The notes below the pieces were generated by a model. It saw only the letters and a list, made by a program, of their open reading frames with translations, was not told where the DNA came from and did no database searches. A stretch of DNA of 64,000 nt from the human T2T-CHM13v2.0 reference genome, Homo sapiens. Positions 36,101 through 64,000 of this stretch are shown here, in pieces. The stretch lies in assembly GCF_009914755.1 (NCBI RefSeq), contig NC_060927.1, one strand, 5' to 3'. The position numbers were made by a program, and so were the translations under genes. Position 1 is the first letter of the stretch. Every line of letters starts with the position of its first letter.

Positions 36101-38210
36101 TCCCCAACAGCCAATCCCTCCTTCCGGCCCCCACCTCTGGCTGTTTGAGAAGAGCATGGGCTTTGGACCTGGGCTTGCGCCATCAACTAAACCATGTAAC
36201 CTGACACCAACCCCCCCCAGCCTATTTGCTCACCAGTAAGTGGGGGTGATCCCACCTCTAGCGGGGCTGTGAAGGCAGGGAACCTGGGCTGCAGAGGCGC
36301 ACAAGCAAGGGCTCACTTCCTTCCTTTCTTCCCAGCCCAGGACCCAGACCTGGACCCACCCCAAGCTGAGAAGCGTTGGGCAAGTCTGGGCTCCCTCACT
36401 GGCAAACACCTGGGCCTTCTGCGGGAGGAAACGCTGGCAGAAAGGTTCTCTCCTGGGGACCATTTGTACCCTGTGCAGGGCCCTTCACACCCTGGCATGC
36501 CCACGGCTAACTCAGGACCAGAACCTGGCCCATCCTATTAGGACTTTTGGAGGACTTTGGCTCAAAGCCATTGGCACAGCTTCCTGGGAGGCAAAAACGT
36601 CACAGGCATCATCTGAAAGCCTCCAAGGCCTCCACAGGCTAGGGGAGCCTCAATCAGGAGGTTCAGGTCATCCACACTGGCTACTGCCCTAGAGCTAGAG
36701 ACACCCTCTTCCCACCTCCCACCAGCTATCAAGGGTCTCCTGTCAGGTCACCCCTTTTCCTCCACTCCCACTTCCAGCACCTGAGTCCAGGTGCTTAGCA
36801 CCTTGTCTGCACCAGCATAGCAATCCCTCCCTGGATCCCTCACCCTTAGCCTCTGACCTCAGACTGCCAACCTGGCACCCCGGGCCTGTGACATCATTCT
36901 GCACAACTCCCCCACACCCATCACCACCCCAGCCAGGACAGTCTGCCCCAGTCCCTCACCCACTTTGGCTTTCCTGCCTATGTAGCTTGTAGCAGCCCCC
37001 TCCACATGCACAGAATCCCTCCCTCCCCAAATCCATTCATCCAAGCACACACTTCAGGACCTATCTCACCCCAGAGGAAACTGGGACTTCCAAACCCCAC
37101 AACCCCTTTCATCTGTACACAGATACGCTACCTCCTGCCCTACAAGGAATGTGAACACTCTAAGCACAGGGGTCTTTCCATCCCATGCCATTCTGGGGAG
37201 CCATTACTCGCCAAGGATAGATTGACTGAGGGACCAGGTGCTGAGAACCTGGGGTGGGGGGCATTTGGGCCATGCTCACTGCCCAAGACTGAACACAGGC
37301 TCCAAGAAGAAAGTATGCCTTATGGGAAACACTCCTGACTCCACAGGCTCTGAGAGCTCTGCACAGGCACCAGTGAACGAGTCCCCACCTGCGGCCCCCC
37401 TGCATATAGCTACCCTGCGCTCTCAAAGGGGAGTGGGTTCTCTGGAATGTGCCTGACTTCCAATACTCCAACACCAGGACTGAATACCAGCCCAAAGCTC
37501 CTGTTTACTCAGGGCACACAAGGCCACCCATGGCCATTTAGTCAAGGTCAAGGGTCACTGTTCCCCTCTGAAAAGAGATCATACATATGCCCCACTGCAC
37601 CTCCCACCTGTGGGAGACCCCCCCCCTCCCTATCACTGCCTCTCCATGCACACTCCCGGTGTCCTGAGCTCTGCCTATGCCTGTGGAAGATATCCCCGGG
37701 CTGTGTGGGGGTGTGCACCCAGCCCCCGTGGCACACCACTGCTGCCCAAAGCAATCTCTGTACCAGGGATCCAGACTGGCCACCAATCCCTATACTTATG
37801 TCCCCAACAACATTTATCAACCATTCTCCCAATCTCCCTTCCCTGCTCTCCTCTGATCACTCCTCCAGTACTAGAACCAGGAAGTTCTCCCCCACATGGT
37901 AGAGAAAGTGATCCAGGAGATGGGAAGCAACCATGGTCACGAAATGAGTAGGCAGCAGGCTAGGTTCCACTCACTGGAACTCCCAGGCCATCTGACACCG
38001 GACAGTCAGGTAACTGGAGGAAATCCAAAATGAAAATCTAGGCCTCAGGAGTGCATCCATAACAGTTCAGAAAAGAGGACAGAGAGGAGATGAGAGAGGA
38101 ACTAAAGGGGGTGACTACCCCAACTCCAGGCCCAACCTTCAAGTCTTGGATCTTGATTCTTAATGAAAAAAACTCAGTCTGATTGTTTTAAATAATAAAA
38201 CTCAGGATAT

Positions 38211-38216
38211 TTTAAT
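38211..38216 (-). terminator. CCDC51: CCDC51 polyadenylation signal ATTAAA
   Basis: tttaat on + strand about 205 nt past the stop, in AT-rich context. Confidence 0.7.
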
Positions 38217-38420
38217 TGGACATTAGCACAAAGTTTTGATAATTAATGTAAATGAACCTTGTCTACAAAGCGAAGCATGCCTGCTGGTGAGCCACACAGA
38301 TACTGCTCCTTCAGATTGAGGTTGTACATGCCCCCAAAGGCTCGCTTCATTGCTACGATTCTCTACTTAAATCCACATTCACAGCTATTGCCTCAGACCC
38401 TCTGGAGGAGGGGCCAGGGG

Positions 38421-39179
38421 TTAGCTGGCTTTGAATAGCATGTAGAGCACAGGCAGTGTGGCCACAAATGTCACACAGGTGACCAGGGTGCTATAGATGG
38501 TGTTCCTGTTGACTTGGGCTTCTAGTCTCTGCTCCGTGTCTGACAGTGCCAAGATCATGCTCCCCTGCTCCAGCAAGAAGCTGGGCATAGCCCCGTCTGC
38601 TGGTTCCACCAGGCCTGGGTGTGCTGCAGACTTTACAAGCTGAACCACCCCAGCCATTTGGCTACAAGTCTTTTCTAGGCCATCAAGCTGCTCTCGTAAG
38701 CCTTCTAGACATGAATGGACTTGCCTGGAATGACTAAGCTGCTCTTTCAAGGCAGCTGAAAGGACATCTACATCTCTGTCTCTGGTCGGGGGACTACCTG
38801 CCTGTGACCCAGAGTCCTGCCCTGGCCCAGCAGCATGTACCAGGCCCCTCAAGTCCACCATGAGATTGTGGAGGTCCCTCTGCTGGCGGGAGTAGCTAGA
38901 CGCCTGTTCTCGAATGGCCTCTTGGAGACTCACAGGCCCCTTCTGCGCCTCCAGGAGTAAAGCCTTCAGCTCCTGTAGTCGCACACGGTTCACATAGGTG
39001 GAGCCAGCCACACCAATCAGGGCCCCCAGGACTGAGCCAATGAGGGACCAGTTCTTGGTCCTCTCAGCCCTTGTGCGCTCCTTCTCATGACTTTCCCGCA
39101 CAGCTGCAGAGAAGAGGGAGAACTTCTCTCGCTCAGAGTCTTCTGCACGCAGATAGGCTGTGCGAAGCCTCTTCTCCTC
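38421..39179 (-). CDS. CCDC51: CCDC51 last coding exon
   Basis: [10 protein letters not shown]...LFKAS*. Confidence 0.95.
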   Translation of the reverse strand, partial: EEKRLRTAYLRAEDSEREKFSLFSAAVRESHEKERTRAERTKNWSLIGSVLGALIGVAGSTYVNRVRLQELKALLLEAQKGPVSLQEAIREQASSYSRQQRDLHNLMVDLRGLVHAAGPGQDSGSQAGSPPTRDRDVDVLSAALKEQLSHSRQVHSCLEGLREQLDGLEKTCSQMAGVVQLVKSAAHPGLVEPADGAMPSFLLEQGSMILALSDTEQRLEAQVNRNTIYSTLVTCVTFVATLPVLYMLFKAS

Positions 39180-41141
39180 CTGCAGAAGCAAAGCCATGTT
39201 ATTGGATTACATGGGCACAAGGTGGCCCTGCAGCTATAGCCACCAGCAGATGGCTCACTACCTTGTGCCTGGCAGAGTACATGTTCCATAGACCCATGCT
39301 GAATGAATGAAGGTAGCACCAACCTGGCTGGGTCAGAAGGGCAAAGGAATTGGGAGTGATCAAAGTGAGTTGCATGATCGTCCCACCTGAGCAGTTCTGG
39401 GTTTGACCAGAGGTGCACTTATGTCTACACAAAGGGAAGTGTCCAGCACTCCCTAGGCCAGCCCCTCCATAGTTCTCCTTCCTCAGCATTCTGAGTCCCA
39501 GGCTACGCTGCCCTGAAGAGTTGGCCCCAGTACTCCAGAAGAAAGTATATGGATAGACTCTGGAAGCTTGGGGTTCTGTCCATCCATAGGAGCTTCTGGC
39601 TCACCTCTGTACCAGGCCTCTGACTACAGACCAGTCAGGGTTCCCACCCGGCCCCTCCATGATCTGCCAGGCTAGGGTCACTGTCCAGGTGCGAAAGGGC
39701 TGCCTCCTGAGGTGCCTACCTGCAGCATCCTGTGCTCGAGAGTAGCCAGTTCCAAGTACTGACTGTCCTCCCTGGAGACACGGTCCAAGCGGTCCCTCAC
39801 CTCCTTCAGCTTGGCCTGGTGAACTTCCAAGTCCTCCCGAGCCTCTCGGACAAGCCCTCGAGCCACCATGAACACTTTCTCAGCCTGCAAAGAGAAAACC
39901 GGAGGCCATCTGCACCTTCTCTCCACACCCACACAGGCTCAGCTGCATTCCCAGCGAGGCATTCCCAGAAGAGGTCACTGGGGTGTGAGCTGCAAAGGGT
40001 GGAAACGGAATTCCTTAGACACTAATCCTGGCTCACCCAGTGGTGCTCAAAGTGCAGCCTTGGGCCACACCCATCAGAATCACGAGATTTAGCCATTCAA
40101 GCAGAAATAACATGCCCCTGAAAAAACTTGAAAACAGCTAACAATGCACACAATTTGTGTCCATCAAACCTGTGTTGGTAGGCTGTTTCCCGTGTGTTGC
40201 CTTATTTATGCCTTATAACAATGCCATGAAAGGCACTGCTGTGGCCTCCAGTTTATAAACCCAGAAACACCAGCTCAGCCAAGCTCACAATCTCCAAGGA
40301 AAGAGATGGCACTGTTTGTCTCAAAGTCCCAGCTGAACCCCAGGTTCTTCCCACCACGCTACACTACTACATGCCTAAGCAGGAGTGGGAACAGAGATGA
40401 CAGAATGCATTTCTGCCACCACAAAGGACTTGACAACCACCACCAGCTCTTTCCACCTCACACTGTGACATTTCCTAGTGCCCTCTATCTTCACAAAAGA
40501 TGTTGTAATTACACACAGTAACAGTACCGCAGCAAGCCCCACGTAACTCTCACCATCAATCCCCAAATGGTCCACAAAGGAAGTATTTGCTGGCCTCACA
40601 GAGTGGATGTTAGTGGCCAGGGACTTACTGGTACACAGTAACTGTTTTCGGGGAAAGTAGGTGGCACAGTTACATGGAGACCTTCACCCCAGAAGCATCA
40701 AGCCCAGGTTTCCACGTGAGAAATGAGGCTAAACACAAGTCTGGATGTGGCTACCCAGCACCACGTGACTGGTTTGGCACATTTCCCAAGTCAGAGGGCG
40801 GGGCCAGCCACCCCAGCTCCCCTCCTCACCTCTGTCACCTTTCCCTGGGCCTCTCGAACCTCGTTGAGTCCAACAAACTCTTCATATCTGTCCCACCAAG
40901 TCTTGGCTGTGGAGGTCGCTCGTTGCTGAATGCTGTGCCCCAGGGCTCTTCCCAGTGCTGGGAGGCGGTGGTGCAGCCCCAGGGCCACCTCCTCAGGTCT
41001 TTTCTCTCCGGGCTGGCTTGGGCCTGGGCTGCAGAGAGTCCTGGTCATGAAGAGGTCCCTTCCAAGGAGGCCCCTCCGAACCAGTACGTGGGGCACACCC
41101 ACGATGTGCTGCATGGCAAACCCAGGGCTGCGCCCCATCAT
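38421..41141 (-). CDS. CCDC51: CCDC51 / MITOK, pore subunit of the mitochondrial ATP-sensitive K+ channel; 411 aa
   Basis: Exons 41141-40830 (312 nt), 39884-39720 (165 nt), 39179-38421 (759 nt) join in phase 0: [10 protein letters not shown]...LYMLFKAS*; two hydrophobic TM segments and coiled coils. Confidence 0.97.
39720..39884 (-). CDS. CCDC51: CCDC51 second coding exon
   Basis: [10 protein letters not shown]...EHRMLQ. Confidence 0.95.
40830..41141 (-). CDS. CCDC51: CCDC51 first coding exon
   Basis: MMGRSPG...QGKVTE; acceptor before 41149, donor GTGAG. Confidence 0.95.
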
Positions 41142-43649
41142 CCTGAGATCTGTGAGGGGGACGCCAGACAGGTCAGCTCACAGCTGAGAAAGGCTGGACA
41201 TAAGTCAGTTTTGAGGCCTAGGGACAGTTCTGAACAGACTAATCCCCACTCAAATCATCTAAACTGAGCACCACCCTGTTGGGCCCAGAGACTGTGGCCC
41301 CTGTGGCAAGAGGATGGTCAGGCTCTCCTCTGGGTGCTCTTGGACAATGGAACACAGTTGGGGACGAGCCTCTAGGATGCCATACCTTCCAGTGCCCGCC
41401 ACCATGCCACACAAAGCGGACCCTTCCCTGCTACCCACTTCCCTACATCCTCCAGGTCTCTCTGCTGTGACTTGAATGAGAATCCTGGTGCCCAGGTTTC
41501 TGATGTCAAAGACAGTTTTTAAACCAGACTTGTACACATGCTGACAAAGCCCCACAAAGACGCATAAATACTCCCTGCAATGTTGTGGAACTCAGGGGAA
41601 TTCAGGAAGACTAAGATCCAGGATCATTTCTGTAAAACAGCCTCAAAACCAACTCCCCAGACTCTCCAAGGACTGCCTCAGCACAAGGGAAGCAGAGTTT
41701 CAATTCTGTGCAAGGACCTAAGGACACAGGCCATTTGTGACCCAAGACAGAAAACTCTCAGCTCTCCTCTAAGATAATTCCAGGGGCAAAAAAAAACAAA
41801 ACAAAACTGTTTTTGCCACAGAGGACTTTTCTTAGGTTCACGCCATACAACTCCGCCCCCAGACTTTCCAGGCTACCAACTCTCAGTCTCACACTTCACG
41901 ACTTCCATAAGCTTTCTCTTTCCTCTCCAACCTGCCATTGCTCAACGGGTTAGGTTTCTCTCATCTTTCCCTTTTCCATCTTGCTTTGATGTTTGGGCCT
42001 GCTTCTCATTACCTGGACAGCAGGGAGTCTCCTGTTATCCAGAATCAGGCCTCACCTGAGCCCAAGAGTGCCAGTGACTCTGAGGACCCCAAAGAGGTGG
42101 CCAGGTGACCCATTTTCCCAGAAAAAGCTGAGCCAACAGCACCCTCCTCTGGCCAAACCACACCTCAAAGTCCCTAAGCACTGATCCTGGCTGTGAGAGC
42201 GACACCTGGTGGCCAACAGACCACGCCACAGAGAGAAAAGCAGAGGGAGCTGCAGACAGGAAGGAACTGAAGGAGCTCCAGATACAGAATAGAAAGGGGC
42301 TTCCTGATGGAAGGTGATATGAGACAGAGGCTCCCCACAGCACCCTAGCCTCCTCTCCATCATGCTGTGCTAAGAACTGTCTTTGGAGAAGCTCAGCGGC
42401 TTTGAAAACACAGCTGGTTGGGTAGAAACATGTCTTCTGGGCAAAGTGGGCCTGAGCTGAGAGCCGCAGAAGGGAACTTCACTGTGACAGTGATCCCAAG
42501 CTGGTGCCACACCCAAACCCCTGGGCCCCCTTCATAAGGCTGGGTTCCATGCCCATGAGGGTGCATACCATCCAGGCCCCAGCAGCCCAGTCAGACTCCC
42601 AGGCCTCAAGGCCAGCACCCATGACACACAGGCTGAGATCCCATAACACCCCTGCAGGTGTATCCTTCATCAGACAAAGCATGCAGTGTCCGCCATGGCT
42701 GGCACCACTTTCAACACCCTCTCTTCCCAACATCACTGCCCCTCTTGGCTTCCTCCAACCTTCTCAGCCTCCTTTCCCAGCACCTCCTCTACTAGCTGCC
42801 CATTTTTAGACCCCAGCAAAGTCACCCATTCCTGGCAGAGATGACAGCTACTGTCTCCTATGCAATCTCGGCTTTCTCCCCTGCCGTCCCCCACCCCCAT
42901 GTTCTGCACATGGCAGCCCAAGGCCCTGTAACACAAAAATCAGATTACATCCCTCTGATCAAAATCCCCCAACAGCTCCCATTTCACCTGGCGGTGGCCA
43001 AGAAATCCTGAGACCTCTCAGCCCTCATCCTCTTCCTTCTACTGCCATACTCTGCTCCAGCCACCGTGCTGGTCTGTGCCCTGCCACCTTGTCCAGCTGG
43101 ATGACTCTTCCTCCACGAGTCTACTCGGCTCACCCCGACATCTTCATCTTTGCCCAAATATCACCTCTCAGTAAGGCTTCCTTGACCACTCCCTCCCCAG
43201 CTACCTTCTCTGCTTTATTTTTCTCCTGATGGATATATTTCCTTATGTGTTGCCTATTCTCTCACTAGAACATAAGCTGGGTGACAACAGACTTCATAAG
43301 GGAATGTGGCAATAATTCCCATGTGGCAACTGGAGTTGTTTCTCCACTCCAGTCCCTCCCCTCAGCCTCTCCACCATCCCACCAGCCCCCAACCCTGGGC
43401 CCTGTTTCTCAGCCCCCAGGATGTCACCACTTAGATGTTTCACAGGCCCCCCAACCAGCAAGGAGAAGAATGTTCCTGGCAAAGAGAAAAGGTGGAAAGT
43501 GCTTGAGGTCGCCCAAAACCTGAAAGGCAGTCAGTGCAACTGGAAAGCAAAAGCAGAGAAGAGTGGATGGAGAGGCTGGATAGGTGAAGCAGGGCCCTGA
43601 GGGTCAAGTTCGGAATCCTGCCCCTTCAGATCCATTCTCCCGCTCTATG

Positions 43650-45290
43650 TAGATGGCTGTCTCCTACCAACTGCCCCTTCCTCAAGCCTCTATCATCTGT
43701 TCCTCATCTTCACTTCCAGCTGATGGTCTGCTTGCTTCATTTTCCATCAAGAAAATAATAAAAAGTTGGAAGAGAACTTCCACAAACTCCCACCATACCT
43801 TCCCAACCACCAGTAACTGCCCCATTTCCACCTCCTCTCTTGATCCTCAGGATAAAAAACCCATGCTTCTAGGGAAAACCAACCTGTGCCCCAGGTCCCA
43901 AATCCTCTCTCCTCCTGAGACATTACTCAGTAATTGATCTGACACCCCCCCACCAGCAACTGCCCCATTTCTTTGGTTTCCTTTATAACCAAACTCCTTG
44001 ACAGACTGCCTGAATTCACTGTTTCTGTTCCTCTTCTCTGATTCCGTCCAGCTCCCTCTGATCTGGCCTTCACCTGCTCCTCCTTCACATGCCATTTTTC
44101 ACTCGGTTTCCAGTCCCCACTCATCTGCCTAACCTCTGGAAACTGTAGCACCCCGGCACTCGGCACTCAGACTCCTCTCTTATCCAGTCCTGTGGTTTTA
44201 AAAATCATCTATGAAAATGGCCAAAAAAATTTATTTTGGTGATGGCCATACAACTTTGTGAATATAATAAAACCACTGAATTGTACACATTGCATGAATT
44301 ACATGGTATGCAAGTTATATATCAATAAAGTTGTTTTTTAAAAAAAAAAACAGAACTATACTCTTGACTCCTCCAGCGCAGACCTCTCTCCCCAGGGTTC
44401 TAGGCTCATTTATCAAACTTCCCAACCTATATCTCTGCCTGAAAATCTAATGGGGATCTCATCTTCCCCTCCCAAACCTTTTTTTCCCATAGCCTTCTCC
44501 ATCATGGATGACAGCAATACCAAGTTCAAATATTCAGATCAACAACCTCGCATCACCCCTGATTCCTCATTTCTCTCCCACCTCACATCCATCTATCAGC
44601 AAATGCCCCTGGCTTTCCAAATCCAGGATCCCTCCTCCTCTCACCTCTGCCACTGCTACCAAATGGTCCCAGTGACCCACATCACATCTCTAGCCTGGAT
44701 TATCCCAAGAGCCTCCTGACAGATGTCACCCTGCTTCTATTCCAGCCCCTACAATTTATTGTCAGTCGAGCAGTCAGTGTTCCTTTCCAAACACAGGTGG
44801 AACCATTGTCTCTCTGCTCAACCTCTACAATGGTTCCCCACTTCTCTCAAGGTAAAAGCCTGTCTTTTCCATGGCCTACAGGGAACCTACCCACTGGCTC
44901 TCATTCCTCTCTGACCTCATCTCCCACTAGTCTCCCTTTCCTCACTCCACTCCAAGCACATGGACCTTCTTGAAGTTGCTGGAACGCACCAAGTTGTCCC
45001 CAGCTCAGGGCCTTCACGACAGCTGCTATCTGTGCTGCTCGCTCCCTCACCTTCTTCAAGTCCTGCTCAAATAGTAGCCCCTTGGGAGGTCTTCCCCATG
45101 CACCCTATCAGATATGGCCATCCCACTCCCACCCTAGCACTCCTGACCCACTTTCTCTGCTTTATTTTTTCCATGCATATATCACATGACCTGCAACATG
45201 TATCCCATTTATTTGCTTTGGTTATAGTCTGTCTCACTCACTAGAATTTCAGCTTGGTACCTACATATAGTACGTACCCAGCAAAAAATG
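43650..45290 (+). mobile_element. L2 LINE remnant containing an L1M 3'-end fragment (44205-44353)
   Basis: CT-rich L2-type sequence ending gtctgtctc...actagaat; embedded aaaaccactgaattgtacac...tatatcaataaag L1 tail. Confidence 0.7.
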
Positions 45291-45364
45291 TACTCATCTG
45301 CCTAATCTCTGGACACTGTAGCATCCCAGCGCTCAGCACTGTTATTTAAAAAAATAACAACTTT

Positions 45365-45698
<334 letters not shown>

Positions 45699-45999
45699 TC
45701 ACCCAATGTGTACAATTCAGTAGTTTTACTATATTAACAGAGTTGTATGGCCATCACCAAAATAAATTTTTTTGACCATTTTCATAGATGAACAAACAGA
45801 ATTCGCAAACTGCTGCACCCCTGACTATATTATAAAACTCCTTACAGGGTTTTCCAAAGCTATAGGACCACGTGATATAACTCCCGTCCACTTCTGCCAT
45901 CTCCCCGCCTAATCTCCCTCCACCCAAGCTGTGCTTTCCTTGGTTCCAGGAAAGCGACGAGCTTGAAGCTCTTTGCACATGCACATGCCCTGCTGTCTA

Positions 46000-49894
<3,895 letters not shown>

Positions 49895-50027
49895 GCTGTT
49901 CCTTGTGCCTGAGGAGATGGTGACCCTTTATTTCATCTGTATTTAAACCTCTCTATTCCCTGCCATAACATCTTTTGCCACGTATAGCTGGAATTAAGTG
50001 TTGTCTTGGAGCTGTTGTACATTTAAG

Positions 50028-50033
50028 AATAAA
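50028..50033 (+). terminator. TMA7: TMA7 polyadenylation signal AATAAA
   Basis: AATAAA about 135 nt after the stop. Confidence 0.85.
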
Positions 50034-50201
50034 CTTTTGTAAAAAAAGAAAAATCTTACAGTGGCTCATCATCTCTTTAGTTGTTTTCACTAAGTCATTC
50101 CTACCATAACTGTGAATTTAAAGTAAAACCAGCTCAGAATCTTGCCAGAGTCTGTTCTTTGGTCCTTGTTCTACCCTAAACTTTGTATCACCTGAAATTA
50201 A

Positions 50202-51197
<996 letters not shown>

Positions 51198-52853
51198 TTC
51201 AGAAGCACAAGTATTTGGATTTCCCTCCCAGGCCCTTAATACAATTATGTTAATAATGCTCAGCTTTCTCTGAGAATATTGTCGAAGAGCGCTCTGGAAC
51301 CATTATGAGACTGCTAAATCAAAACTAGGTTTTAGAATATTGAAAACTTTCATGATTAATGTACTAGATATTAACGGGGGAGAGGGGGCAGGGGGAAGCC
51401 TGTGTTGGTCCTCTCCAGAAAGTTGCACAGCCAGTAGCACCCTTCAGTAGGCTTCAGGCATTCCCTGTGGGGCCTTGCTAGCTGGCACCCAGCCGTATGC
51501 TGCTAAAACAAACCTGAGCACCAGTGATTCACACTGTTCCTGAAAGCAAGTTACTTGGTGGAACCTATCCCTCTTTAACAAATGAACAGTCCTGTCTCTT
51601 TCCAGGACCAGAGTCCTGCAGCAATTAAGCATGCAACACTTGGGAAGCTATCTGACGGAGACTACCAGTTGCTCCAAAAAATTTTAAACTCCTTAGACAT
51701 TATAGGCCCTGATAGCACTCTCTTTTTCATTTACTCTTTTCATTTAATGCTTTCACAAATATTCCTAGGACACTCACAGGTGAAGTTTGGCACTGAGCAG
51801 GTAAGGCTGAAAGAGTCTTGCTCCTGTTACTCTCCATTGCCAAATTCTCTATTGCGGCTAACTTCTGCACACCACAGCTGCCCAATAAAATCTGTCAGGC
51901 ACGCAAGCCCACCTCAAATTGCTGCTCCTTTGTGAAGCTTTGCCTCTGTTCGCCACAGGTAACTCTTACCTGGCCTTTGTGTGGCCTCCCTTTCAATGTA
52001 GAATTCTCGTGTTAGTCTTATGTGCCAGCCTCCTACCCCTCTATCCTGCTAACTTGACTCAACTTGTAGGACAGCGCAGGTGCCATTTACAGGGGGACTT
52101 CCTTGACCTCCTGAGCCCTATTCTATACAACCAGAGCTTAGGAAAAAAAAACAGTCCAGCACTCAGAGGAATGGATGTTAACAGCCTGAGCAGCTCCCAC
52201 CCCCTCCCACACAAGAACAGCTCCAAACATCATTCCTCCTTGGACTTTCCTCCTCCCTGGGCCTACCTCAAATGTACACATGTGAAACATTCACTAAACC
52301 CGAAGATGTCTGCACACGACAGCTCTATTCATACTCCTCACCCAACAAATTCCACTCTCCTCAAGAAAGCCTAGGGGTTTGTGGGAGGTGGGTCTGGCCG
52401 CAGAAGGAAAGCGAGGTCACGGAGACCACATCCCTGAATGATGCCTGGCTCGACTCAAACGCAACACGCGTGAATGCTAGGGCAGGCTGCTCCTGCGCGG
52501 CCCTCCTCCACGGAGTGCCAGGGAGGGAGCGCAAAGCCACCAGCGCGGCGGAGCTGGTGCGCCTCCGGCCCGCCTCTCCGGTAACGGGTCGCGCCGCACT
52601 GAGTCCTTGCAGCAAACCTGCCGAATCCCGCCCGTGGACCTCTAAACACCGGGCGGGGCCGGGTGTGGCGGCGCGCTCGGACGTTCGTCATTCCTCCGCG
52701 CCCTCCGCCTGCCAGCTGATTGGCCCCTGGGCCAGGGGCGGGGCACTCGCGGCGGAGGCAAGCGGCGGCGCGCGGACGGTTGGTCCAGTTCTCCGCCCTG
52801 GCGGCAGGCAAGTCTAGCTCGGCGCTGTCGGATACTTGGGGTGAGCGGAAAGC

Positions 52854-63422
<10,569 letters not shown>

Positions 63423-63429
63423 GTAAGTC

Positions 63430-63855
63430 CATTAGTCATCTATTGATGTATAACAAGCTACCCAAATATGTGGCTTAAAACAATTATTATTTATTTTCTC
63501 CCAATTTCTGTGATCAGCAATTCTGACAAGGCACAGAGGGGACAATCTCTGCAGGGACTGGAATCACTGAAAGCTTGTCTTAAGCTGGAGGATCTATTTC
63601 AAGGTGGCTCACTCACATGGCTGGCAGTGTAATTTCTTGCCACATGGGCCTCTGCACATGGATATGGGGTATCCTCTTAACCTGGTGGGTGGCTTCCTCT
63701 AAAGCTAGCAAATCCAGAGAGAGCGAGCCAGGCAGAAGCTATCCATTTATGGCCTAGCCTCAGAAGTCACACAGCATCCCCTCTGCCACATTGTATTTGT
63801 TAGAAGCAAATCACTGAGTCTGGGCGTCATTCAAGGGGAGAAACCAAGCTTATAC
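63430..63855. mobile_element. MLT1 (MaLR) LTR
   Basis: tattg.tgtataacaa...cccaaa...gtggcttaaaacaa...cctagcctcagaagtcacacagcat signature. Confidence 0.75.
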
Positions 63856-63856
63856 C

Positions 63857-64000
63857 TTTTTTTTAATTTTTATTTTTTATTTTTATTTTATTATTATACT
63901 TTAAATTTTAGGGTACATGTGCACAACGTGCAGGTGTGTTACGTATGTATACATGTGCCATGTTGGTGTGTTGCACCCATTAACTCGTCATTTAGCATTA
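63857..64000 (-). mobile_element. 3' end of a primate L1PA element, continuing past the window
   Basis: Poly-T then ttatacttta..tttagggtacatgtgcacaacgtgcagg...cacccattaactcgtcatttagcatta. Confidence 0.93.

Noticed and set aside
34808-36157. Several 170-360 aa ORFs on both strands
   Set aside because: Inside a very GC-rich CpG island where stops are rare; low-complexity R/P/G/A peptides

Overview
Human (primate) genomic DNA, recognisable as the chr3p21.31 gene cluster. In order it holds: the last coding exon of FBXW12 (+, 628-727); the complete PLXNB1 gene (-; 36 coding exons traced by hand through GT/AG boundaries, summing to 6408 nt = 2135 aa + stop); CCDC51/MITOK (-; 3 coding exons, 411 aa); TMA7 (+; 4 exons, 64 aa), head-to-head with CCDC51 on a shared CpG island; and the first five exons of ATRIP (+). 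The flanks and the TMA7/ATRIP introns are packed with Alu, L1, L2, MER and LTR remnants. I see no convincing new biological system. The best second-look items are a spliced uORF ending 2 nt before the PLXNB1 start codon, a 549-nt exitron/alternative acceptor in PLXNB1 exon 11, a 382-codon stop-free antisense frame covering almost exactly PLXNB1 intron 37, a direct-plus-inverted local duplication in CCDC51 intron 1, internal donors in the FBXW12 last exon with a possible distal exon, and several motif-dense candidate enhancers. Gene names and repeat families come from recognition, not database searches. Repeat boundaries are approximate.
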